Virus record (IMG/VR): IMGVR_UViG_3300045974_000399
Coordinates: 17,908 to 81,907 of that record
Strand: one strand, 5' to 3'
Origin: a virus
DNA length: 64,000 nucleotides
The stretch's first letter is position 1. Each line of letters opens with the position of its first letter. The translations under genes were made by a program, and so were the position numbers. The notes under the pieces were generated by a model. The model did no database searches, was not told the DNA's origin, and saw only the letters and a program-made list of their open reading frames with translations. This document shows, piece by piece, positions 56,223-64,000 of this stretch.

Positions 56223-57038
56223 TTATTTTTTCGCGGTCTTCATGGTCTTCTTTGCAATCATACGCTGAGGAGCAATCTTGTTGAGTAGGGTCCGGAGTTT
56301 TTCGGCACGAGCTTCTTTCTTACCCATTGCCTGCTGATAGGCAGCATTAGCATCGTCAATCGTTTTCTGAACGGTGCTCTTGGCAACCTGGATCTCGGCC
56401 TGGAGTTTCTTAAGCTCCGCCTGGAGCGCCTTGATCTTGTCCTTGGGGTACTTCTCGTCCTGAGCGGTCTTTCCCTGCAGGGGCTTAAGGTACTCGTTAA
56501 TCAACTTGACGTCCACTTTGGGAGCCACTTTGATCTTCTTGGCCGTCAGCTGCTCCTTGATGATCCTTTGAGCTTCTTTCAGACATTTCTCCGCGGTAAC
56601 CTTGGGATCAGCCTTGTACGCGGCGGAAATCATCTTGTCCACCAGAGGACGCACCTTTGCCCATGCCCGCATATCCTCGGTCATAGGTTTGTCTACCTTA
56701 CCTACATTCCGCTTCTTACTAGCGGCTGCCGCATCTTTAGGGGCCTTGGCTGCCGCAGGTTTAGGGGCTTTCCACGCTTTGCCACTCAACTGCTTGTACT
56801 TACCCAGGATATCGGAATGATCTCCGGTAGTTGGGATAACCACAGCCATTAACTTCTTTACCTGGTCAGAAAGACGACCTTCTCGCGTTTCCAGGGCCTC
56901 ACGGGTATCGTCATCAACGTCCCCATCCAGCTTGCCTTGAACTCTTTCCCAGTCGGATAGGGCTTTGTTAAGCTCCCTCTCCGTTACCGCAGGGCTGGGC
57001 TTCTTTACGGCACTTGTTTCCAGCATTACCTTTCGCAT
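56223..57038 (-). CDS. Lys/Ala-rich coiled-coil putative internal head protein
   Basis: Start MRKVMLETSA at 57038 with GAGGAG RBS. Confidence 0.55.
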   Translation of the reverse strand: MRKVMLETSAVKKPSPAVTERELNKALSDWERVQGKLDGDVDDDTREALETREGRLSDQVKKLMAVVIPTTGDHSDILGKYKQLSGKAWKAPKPAAAKAPKDAAAASKKRNVGKVDKPMTEDMRAWAKVRPLVDKMISAAYKADPKVTAEKCLKEAQRIIKEQLTAKKIKVAPKVDVKLINEYLKPLQGKTAQDEKYPKDKIKALQAELKKLQAEIQVAKSTVQKTIDDANAAYQQAMGKKEARAEKLRTLLNKIAPQRMIAKKTMKTAKK

Positions 57039-57051
57039 TGTTCTCTCCTCT

Positions 57052-57513
57052 TCATAGTGAGTTATGGAATTCAGCCTGTCTGGCTTTGGTTTCGTTGTCA
57101 TATTGCAATCGCCGTTTCTTCTCTGCTCTTTGGAACGCCCTGATGGCTGTAACGGTGTTCCCAACAACTACCTCAAGCTCGGTGATAACGCCCTTCAAAG
57201 TGAGACCAGGCGCCAAGGGTTTGGGCGGTCCTATGTTGGAGTTAGTCTGAGTGGTCTCCTGCAACTGGAAGACATAGCGCCCATTCCGGTAGCTAATGGA
57301 CACAGCTATGTTCTGCGCAAGCTGGACCGTGAGGTTAGACACTCCGTGACCCAGCTGTCCACCTTTGGAGATATACTGGACGCCCTTTATATCCTTCTTG
57401 TTCAGGGCGTCATGTAGTTGCTCCAGGGCCTTGCCTCCAACGTTCTTTGCTTTGGGCATAACCATCGACATTAAATTCTCTACTTCCTTCTTTGCCAAAG
57501 TTGTACATCTCAT
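57052..57513 (-). CDS. Hypothetical protein with MR leader
   Basis: MRCTTLA; AGGAG RBS. Confidence 0.5.
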   Translation of the reverse strand: MRCTTLAKKEVENLMSMVMPKAKNVGGKALEQLHDALNKKDIKGVQYISKGGQLGHGVSNLTVQLAQNIAVSISYRNGRYVFQLQETTQTNSNIGPPKPLAPGLTLKGVITELEVVVGNTVTAIRAFQRAEKKRRLQYDNETKARQAEFHNSL

Positions 57514-57516
57514 CTT

Positions 57517-57963
57517 TTATTCTCCTTTGGGAGTGACGACCAGTTCGTAGCGGTTTTCCTTATCCACTACTTTAAGGGCCCGTATGTTTCCACGGATGAT
57601 TGCCAGTATTTTCTTGATCTCCAGCCGTGGGTTCTTTTTCTGAAGTTTCACTTCGGGCTTCGTTCGGATGATACCCAACGTCCGTGCGTACTTACGGCCA
57701 GCAGGCGTGATCTTGATCTCACCAGGGATGGGCCGCGTCTTCTTCGCGTACTCTTTTTTCACCAGCCATTGCAGGGCCTGCTGGACAGTCTTGGACCTGT
57801 CACGGACCGAGTGAATGCCCATGCTGTAGCCTCGGCCGCTGACCAAGTCCGCCAGGATCTCTCGTATTGCTTTGTCCATCTTTGGACTGCCACCCAACTG
57901 GCGTGTATTCACCTTAGGGGTGGGATCTACTTTAGGCGTAGCGGCCAAGACTACTTTTCGCAT
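57517..57963 (-). CDS. Basic protein, possible winged-helix
   Basis: AL.WLV.K.Y........ITPAG wHTH-like end. Confidence 0.45.
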   Translation of the reverse strand: MRKVVLAATPKVDPTPKVNTRQLGGSPKMDKAIREILADLVSGRGYSMGIHSVRDRSKTVQQALQWLVKKEYAKKTRPIPGEIKITPAGRKYARTLGIIRTKPEVKLQKKNPRLEIKKILAIIRGNIRALKVVDKENRYELVVTPKGE

Positions 57964-57976
57964 GTTAGGCTCCTAT

Positions 57977-58456
57977 TCAGTCGAGTTGTCCTTCAATTTC
58001 TTCTGGGGTTATCGTTCGGTAATAGTCACCCGGGCACATTAAGACTTCCCCGTCAGTCGTGTACCCTACACCAAACGGGTCGTCCTTTGGTAGGTGATTA
58101 AGTTGGGCATACAGCTCAATGTTCACCACAATCTGCTCTGGCTCAACGTCTCTCTCAAGCACGACAGGGTTGTCCATATCATCGGAATAGCTTGCGGCTA
58201 CCTCTGGGTCGGTAGTCCAACTTTGAAGAGGAACCTTCCTGGTCTTAACTTCAGTACCTTTACGCAGAGCTCTGACCTGTGAGTCCGTTAGGTTTTGAGC
58301 TCTGTATAAAGGCCCTTTGGCCGAACGATACTTAGCTGCAACCATATTCCGGTTTATGCGGTTGGGACTATCCGGGTCTTCCAGCCAAGCTTTAATCAGC
58401 TCATACAGTTCATCCTCTGATGCCTGCTCTTCAAACCGAATAGTCAATTTCCGCAT
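57977..58456 (-). CDS. ADP-ribosyltransferase-like protein
   Basis: LYRA, SWTTDPEVA..Y, DGEV: R-S-E pattern; start MRKLTIRFEEQAS at 58456. Confidence 0.6.
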   Translation of the reverse strand: MRKLTIRFEEQASEDELYELIKAWLEDPDSPNRINRNMVAAKYRSAKGPLYRAQNLTDSQVRALRKGTEVKTRKVPLQSWTTDPEVAASYSDDMDNPVVLERDVEPEQIVVNIELYAQLNHLPKDDPFGVGYTTDGEVLMCPGDYYRTITPEEIEGQLD

Positions 58457-58461
58457 GATGG

Positions 58462-58998
58462 TTACTCCGGCATCATGAAGTCGTAGATGTCCATTGTTGC
58501 ACCAGTACGATTGATATCCGACTGCAGATGAATTTGAATCTGGCAAATACCCGCGGGAACAGTGAACTTCAACTCCTGGAAGTTGGTGTAAGGCGCCGCG
58601 GGTTTTCCAGGGAATGGAGCATTCCACAGTTTACCCACACACGATCCACAACCCAGCATATCGGTAGATATATACACCGCTAGAAACTGGTTGCTGAGTT
58701 TCAGACAACGTGCTTTTAGCGTAGCCTGGCCACCCTTGTTAGTGGCGGGTAACACCTTAGACAGCATGTAGGTATTGCCGGTATTACTACCGACAGGCAT
58801 GTTCGGGGGCTGCGGATCATTCCAGTAGTTACCTGGACGCGCTGACAGTCCCACTACATTGTTCGGACCCAGTTGTGGGAAGGAAAATGTTGGGGGGTCT
58901 GCCACAGGCTTCGCAGGTTTGCACAACTGGTTCCACGTGCCATTGTTGAGGGTCAAGTTCCAGCCATTGAGGTCTGCCTGTCCGAATTGTGATTTCAT
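58462..58998 (-). CDS. Beta-sandwich-like hypothetical protein
   Basis: Trp/Pro/Gly-rich; F.VPAG...IQI and YDF end resemble jelly-roll CBMs. Confidence 0.4.
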   Translation of the reverse strand: MKSQFGQADLNGWNLTLNNGTWNQLCKPAKPVADPPTFSFPQLGPNNVVGLSARPGNYWNDPQPPNMPVGSNTGNTYMLSKVLPATNKGGQATLKARCLKLSNQFLAVYISTDMLGCGSCVGKLWNAPFPGKPAAPYTNFQELKFTVPAGICQIQIHLQSDINRTGATMDIYDFMMPE

Positions 58999-59090
58999 CC
59001 TAGTCTCCTCGTTTATGCAGTTAGCTGCGGTTTATAGGGGACATCTATGGCGCTCTAGTGAGCTGGAACCCACTAGAGCACCCGGGTTAA

Positions 59091-61508
59091 TCATGCTAGA
59101 TATTTATTGGCGGATATGGTGCAGGATTCCGTTCCAGCGTTCCACGTGGCGAACACGTCACCGCTAAGCTTGGAAGTATACACATAAGGCTGGCCACGCT
59201 TCTGACCGGGCTTTGAGGTGAACTCGGACATGCCAGCACGCTTCAGAACCGACTCAAAGAGGTAAGAGGTCTCGAACGTGCCCTTGCCAGAAGAGTAAAT
59301 GCCACCGCTGCCATTGAGCACACGTATCCCATCCAGATTGGCGATTATCTTATCGAGCCCGTAGGTAGCAGTGGGTTGCACTGTAGCCTTAGGCGCGACT
59401 GACCGGGGCGGCTTCGTGCCCAGGTATTCGATAGAGTTCTTGAGCCCCAGCTTCTGGATGATCTTGTCCATCTTAGGTTTCTTGCCAGGTGCCAGGATGC
59501 CCTCGACTTCACGCCCGCCACGCAGCCAGATAGATGTATCATCCCCGAAGTCCACCCGAAAGTCCGATCCTTCTTGTTCGGAGTCCTGGATGTCGTAAGC
59601 CTCCATAATGTCCTCAAGAAAGTCCGCGGCGTCCACAATCGGCTTGGTGATTGACTGCTTCGGCTTGTCCTCATGCTTACCTGGGACATTGTAGGCCAAC
59701 ACCCTCCCGACCTTCTTGGGGTAGTCATAGGAGAAGCCCAGGAGACCAAGGTTAGGGTCTGTCCACTGATACATTGACCAGACTGCTTTGGTCATCCCTG
59801 GATCACTTGAGCCACGGCCTGCGGTTATCGGAGCTTTGAGCTTATCAACTACAAAGCTCCGAACTACCTCAGCTTGACCTCTAGTCAGCGTGAGGTTAAC
59901 CGTGTCTACAGCGGTAGCGCTATTGTGCGTGGACACTTTCAGCGCGCCTTTGAGGCCCATCGTCTTAGCCCACGCTGCCAGATCGGCTTCGGTGCAGAAT
60001 GGAGTCTTACTGGTCTTGACCACCGGAGCCGCTGCAGCAGGTACTTCCGGAGCAACTACCGTCCGGCGCTCTTTGGTGGGCAGCGGAGGAACATCGCCTT
60101 CAACACGTACACGCTTGGCAGGTGAATCGCCGTAGACGTAGCCGCCCATATCCAACCATGAGGCCAGATCGCCAATCCACTGGCTGGCTTTGTACGAATG
60201 AAGGGGTGACCCTGGAGTTGAAGAGCCGTTGCCGTTGCCTACCCCACCGAACTGACGTGACCGAAGGAACCACTCAGGGCCAGACCGGTTGGTGCCCTGT
60301 GAGTAGCCTGTGGTGTAGGAGAACTCTTCCGGGAAGGTGTAAGAGCCCTTCTTGTTGTAGAACACCAACGACCAGATGGGAGACGTGTGGCGGTCGCCCG
60401 GTTGATCTTTAACTACCTTGGACTTGAATGTCTGCCCTTGAATCTGATACTCAAACTTGTTGGCGGTGCTGGAAGGACGAGTGCGACCTGGCGGTCGAGA
60501 AGGTCGGCCTGGACCAAGAACTTTCTTTACCTTCGGCTCGTGCCCAATAGGAGTGGTGCGCTCATCTACTACCTTAGCGGACTTCCCACCTTTCTGGGTT
60601 ACGGTTACAAAGAACGTTGTCTCACTGACCCAGAACTTAACCGATAGGTCAGGCGAAGTCCAAATGCGCTTGTTCTTCTCGGTGAAACCCTGCTTCGTCA
60701 GAAATACCTTGAACTTAGCCAGTTCCTTTTCGCCGAACAAGGCGACCTGCTTGATGAAGGTCCCCTCCGGAGCTGAAGCCCAAGGATGGAACCCCAGACC
60801 CTGCAGCTTGGTGGTTAAGTTACGCATGCCGATTGTGTCTGTTGAGGGTCCTTTTTTCACCGCAGGAGCAGGTCCCGGACCACGAGAACTCTTGGTGTAG
60901 GTTATCTCTGAATTTAAGCCCGCTTTCTTAATCGCGGGTTCAACTACATCTTCAAGAGATGCATCCAGAGAACCACCTACGGTTGTGCCATCCACTTTGA
61001 TTGTCTTACCGAGGATGTTCAAACCGTTTTTACCCTTAGGGGTTCCAACAGCGTCCAACGGGGTCAATACTTTGTTAAGGATCGTGATGAGCTTGGCCCA
61101 GCGAACTGCAGTTACTTTCGACCACTCTTTGGTAAAAGCGTTAACCGCGGGTACCGCCTTGGCAGGAGCAGGCGTATTGTCAGTAGCAGCGTTCAGTTTC
61201 TTGAGGAACCGTAGCCACGCTTTCATGTCGTAGCCGGCGATGCTGCTGGACTTGAATGACCCTGCTTTGAGGAACTTGATCTCGTGCTTGACACGCTTGC
61301 CAGCTACCTTGAGCGTGAACTCCAAGTTGTACCCTACGTCTTTGGCCCGGACACCCATCTCGGTCTTCAGGAACGCACGAATAGTATCTCGGTCAGTCGC
61401 AGGCACACCCTTCCCTTTACTTGTGCCAATCTTAAGCACCCTGGGCGCGGCAGCAGGGGCTTTAGCACTCTCTTCCTTCATCTTCATTGATACCGATACT
61501 ACTCTCAT
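59091..61508 (-). CDS. Large modular Lys-rich putative internal head protein
   Basis: Leader MRVVSVSMKMKEESA; small domains joined by K/P/A linkers. Confidence 0.55.
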   Translation of the reverse strand: MRVVSVSMKMKEESAKAPAAAPRVLKIGTSKGKGVPATDRDTIRAFLKTEMGVRAKDVGYNLEFTLKVAGKRVKHEIKFLKAGSFKSSSIAGYDMKAWLRFLKKLNAATDNTPAPAKAVPAVNAFTKEWSKVTAVRWAKLITILNKVLTPLDAVGTPKGKNGLNILGKTIKVDGTTVGGSLDASLEDVVEPAIKKAGLNSEITYTKSSRGPGPAPAVKKGPSTDTIGMRNLTTKLQGLGFHPWASAPEGTFIKQVALFGEKELAKFKVFLTKQGFTEKNKRIWTSPDLSVKFWVSETTFFVTVTQKGGKSAKVVDERTTPIGHEPKVKKVLGPGRPSRPPGRTRPSSTANKFEYQIQGQTFKSKVVKDQPGDRHTSPIWSLVFYNKKGSYTFPEEFSYTTGYSQGTNRSGPEWFLRSRQFGGVGNGNGSSTPGSPLHSYKASQWIGDLASWLDMGGYVYGDSPAKRVRVEGDVPPLPTKERRTVVAPEVPAAAAPVVKTSKTPFCTEADLAAWAKTMGLKGALKVSTHNSATAVDTVNLTLTRGQAEVVRSFVVDKLKAPITAGRGSSDPGMTKAVWSMYQWTDPNLGLLGFSYDYPKKVGRVLAYNVPGKHEDKPKQSITKPIVDAADFLEDIMEAYDIQDSEQEGSDFRVDFGDDTSIWLRGGREVEGILAPGKKPKMDKIIQKLGLKNSIEYLGTKPPRSVAPKATVQPTATYGLDKIIANLDGIRVLNGSGGIYSSGKGTFETSYLFESVLKRAGMSEFTSKPGQKRGQPYVYTSKLSGDVFATWNAGTESCTISANKYLA

Positions 61509-61529
61509 ACGCCTGTCTCCTTTAACCGC

Positions 61530-62144
61530 TTAATAGTATTGACCTTGATTCTTTTCGGTATCGAAATAAGCAAGTCTCTCACTCCGCTTGCTATGCGGGT
61601 TTACAACCGAGTAGACCCAAGAGTCCATCGACCCGAACCAGACTTTGGTGACCTCATTCGGATCGTAGACGCTGTGTATCTGCTTCTCCAGATCTTCTAT
61701 CCTGGTGTAAACCGCTTGCTTCTTGGATGAGGCTGTTTCACCTGAGCCAAGCGTAAAGGTAATGTCCAGGTTACGAAGCTTTATATCTTCGTGCGTCCGC
61801 AACTGGTTGAGATAATACAGATCGAGCTCACTCCCGCTGATACCTTTGGGTGCGGGTTTCCAGTGCGGCTCTTCCTCGATTAGGCCCTTCAGTCGAACCC
61901 AATCAGCTGCCTTGATCTCACCTGACCAGCTATAGGGTCCCAGCTGCTTGAGATGAGCATTGGTGTTATACATCTCATCAGTCAGGTAGAATACCTGCTG
62001 CATTATGGCAGTTGCCTTCCTGCGGGAGAAATCTTCCCCGGACTGATTCTCAACACCGGAACGCAGCGCCTCAATAACCTTGGGGGTTGTCTCAACTTGA
62101 AACTTAAGGGATGCCGCTGCTAGGGCTATGTGCAAGGTTCTCAT
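61530..62144 (-). CDS. Hypothetical protein, paralog of 62160..62888
   Basis: MRTLHIALA; shared LK..GP..W.GEI...D and L.Q.RTHE. Confidence 0.6.
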   Translation of the reverse strand: MRTLHIALAAASLKFQVETTPKVIEALRSGVENQSGEDFSRRKATAIMQQVFYLTDEMYNTNAHLKQLGPYSWSGEIKAADWVRLKGLIEEEPHWKPAPKGISGSELDLYYLNQLRTHEDIKLRNLDITFTLGSGETASSKKQAVYTRIEDLEKQIHSVYDPNEVTKVWFGSMDSWVYSVVNPHSKRSERLAYFDTEKNQGQYY

Positions 62145-62159
62145 TCCATCTCCTTTTTG

Positions 62160-62888
62160 TTACCGAAGTTCAAATTTAGCTTTGACCCAGTCAAGGTCAA
62201 GCGCTTCATGAGTACGGAACTGGTCCAGTATCTCCAGAGTGGCTGCGTCGCCTTTCAACTTAGGCGACCTCTCCCAACCCTGCTTGTCAAGATACTCTTG
62301 AAACTCCAGCATATCCGAGCCGCCGATTTCACCTGCCCACCGATTGGGCCCTGCCTTCTTAAGGTTGGGGTTAATGGTTGGCCCGTCATCAAAGGCAAAC
62401 AGATCAGTAACCAGCTCGATAGCTGTTGCTTCATCCGCCGAGTTATCCTCGTCCATATCAGAGATAGCGGACCTTATCTCTTCAATTGTCTCTGGCGGAA
62501 CAGTTATGTAGAACTTAACTGCAGGACCGGCTTTGCGTGGGGATACTTTCGTCTTGGATTTAGGGGCGACCTTACCCTCTAGCGTTGCCATCATTGCCAG
62601 AAGACCAGCATCGCCCGTTATCACCCCTACGTCCCTGTAAGAGTCGGCTATCCCCCGGAACTCCCGCACTTGCTTGAAGTGAGTAGTAGCGGTCTTGATA
62701 TCCTTCTTCTTGAGACACAGCAATCCCGCAGAAAACTCTTTGAGAATACCCTGCTTATCAGGAGGGCTTTTGAACCTGGCCTTCGCTGCTCTTAGGTTCT
62801 TTTCCAGAGCAACAATCAGCGCGGGCAAGAGTGGAGAATCAGCTATAGCAGCATCGTCCCCGGCTAGTGATATGTGCAGGGTTCTCAT
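62160..62888 (-). CDS. Hypothetical protein, paralog of 61530..62144
   Basis: MRTLHISLA; shared C-terminal domain. Confidence 0.6.
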   Translation of the reverse strand: MRTLHISLAGDDAAIADSPLLPALIVALEKNLRAAKARFKSPPDKQGILKEFSAGLLCLKKKDIKTATTHFKQVREFRGIADSYRDVGVITGDAGLLAMMATLEGKVAPKSKTKVSPRKAGPAVKFYITVPPETIEEIRSAISDMDEDNSADEATAIELVTDLFAFDDGPTINPNLKKAGPNRWAGEIGGSDMLEFQEYLDKQGWERSPKLKGDAATLEILDQFRTHEALDLDWVKAKFELR

Positions 62889-62890
62889 GA

Positions 62891-63772
62891 CTAGACCACC
62901 TCGTAGCGCAGACCGTTACCTTCGGCTGCTCTCTGGATAAAATCCTTGTCGAGCTTGCTGCTGAGCTCTCCAGTTACCGCACCGTTTTTGGTGTATATCG
63001 TTCCGTCGTCACCGAAGTCGATCTTAAACCCACCACCGGGCCGCATATTAACTTCGCACTCGAACTCATTCTCAATAGTTTTGACAAACTTCCGAGTAGT
63101 AGGAGTACCTTTCGGGGCGGGAACAGCAGGTGCGGCAGGCACACGCCGTGCTTTGGGAGCCATGATACCTTTGCTAAGCAGGTCCATGGAGAAGTTCTTT
63201 AGGGCTACGCTGCCAGATCCGACCTTGGTCTCATAGTGAACAGTGTCATTCACAATGGTAACCTGCATCGGGCTATTTCCCTTGACGATGTACCCTGCGT
63301 ACTGACCCTTGAAGCTAGGGTCCTTAGTGTTATCCACAAACCCGGACTCGGTAAGCTGAGCCACTACGCTTTTGAGCAGGCGGGCGTTAGCGGACTTCAC
63401 CATCTTCGAAGGTTTTACTTCAGTAGTGGCAGGACGGTTGTCTGCTTTGCCAACCTTAGGCACCAACTTCTCTGCTTTGATGGGCTTGATCTTGACCCGG
63501 GTAATCCAGTGTGGGATGCTCTGTGCTTTCCCATAAGGAAGGAACGTAGCCGCCCAGTGCTTAACTTCGCTGGGGTGGTCTTTCGGAGCGGTAAGAATCT
63601 GGCCATTGCCGAACTTCTTCCACGTCCAGCCTGTGGCCAAGCAGTAGGTTACCAGCTCATCCAGCTGCTTCACAGTCAGTCCCAGTTGCCTGGCGCTCTG
63701 CTTCTTCAACAGCGTGAAGTCAATCTTGGCTACAGCCGCTGTCTCTACACTTGATAAGGTTACTCGTCTCAT
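62891..63772 (-). CDS. Modular Lys-rich putative internal head protein
   Basis: MRRVTLSSVETAA; DFGDD module shared with 59091..61508. Confidence 0.55.
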   Translation of the reverse strand: MRRVTLSSVETAAVAKIDFTLLKKQSARQLGLTVKQLDELVTYCLATGWTWKKFGNGQILTAPKDHPSEVKHWAATFLPYGKAQSIPHWITRVKIKPIKAEKLVPKVGKADNRPATTEVKPSKMVKSANARLLKSVVAQLTESGFVDNTKDPSFKGQYAGYIVKGNSPMQVTIVNDTVHYETKVGSGSVALKNFSMDLLSKGIMAPKARRVPAAPAVPAPKGTPTTRKFVKTIENEFECEVNMRPGGGFKIDFGDDGTIYTKNGAVTGELSSKLDKDFIQRAAEGNGLRYEVV

Positions 63773-64000
63773 TGTGTTCTCCTTTGGTTCGTTTCGGTTA
63801 TAAGTTAATTACGAAGACCCTGGACGTCCACACCCAGTATACGCCGAGTTCGGACACCCTGCGGTAGCCTTGAGTTTACTATGCTTGCCCAGAGAGTCTG
63901 CTTGGTATTCACTGGTATCTCGGGTGTCTACGTCTACCTAGATTAACTAGCTACTAGTGAGTGGGTAGCACAGTTATATAAGCGAAAGAGGCCCCAATTA

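Noticed and set aside
57977-58627. Longest-ORF starts in the track (also 5769, 3848, 57167, 51026, 43046, 43974)
   Set aside because: Most overlap upstream genes; downstream starts have clear RBSs.
63780-64000. Possible tRNA or ncRNA in the terminal intergenic stretch
   Set aside because: No cloverleaf or convincing structure; no tRNA or rRNA seen anywhere in the window.

Overview
64 kb of a large (probably jumbo) myovirus genome, with every credible gene on the minus strand. Read in transcription order (right to left), it starts with a ~20 kb block of Lys-rich and enzymatic genes, most of which begin with a shared short leader (M-R/K, hydrophobic strand, ending A/S). That block includes an ADP-ribosyltransferase-like protein, a response-regulator receiver, CorA, a SprT-like protease and an Acb1-like 2H phosphoesterase. 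Next is a terminase large subunit split into two genes by a naturally split intein, with a PD-(D/E)xK homing endonuclease between the halves. Then come portal, prohead protease, a block of fibre-like virion proteins, a ferritin, scaffold, decoration and major capsid proteins, and the tail module (sheath, tubes, gp26-like chaperone with a probable +1 frameshift, NlpC/P60 tape measure, baseplate). The module ends with a tail fibre carrying a CxCxCxCxCxCxC C-terminus, followed two genes later by a radical SAM enzyme that runs off the window edge and is missing from the ORF track. Strongest candidates for new biology: (1) RiPP-like radical SAM modification of a virion fibre; (2) a leader-tagged set of head-packaged, injected effectors including an anti-CBASS enzyme; (3) a new split TerL intein. 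All calls come from motif reading and gene order; no database searches were run.
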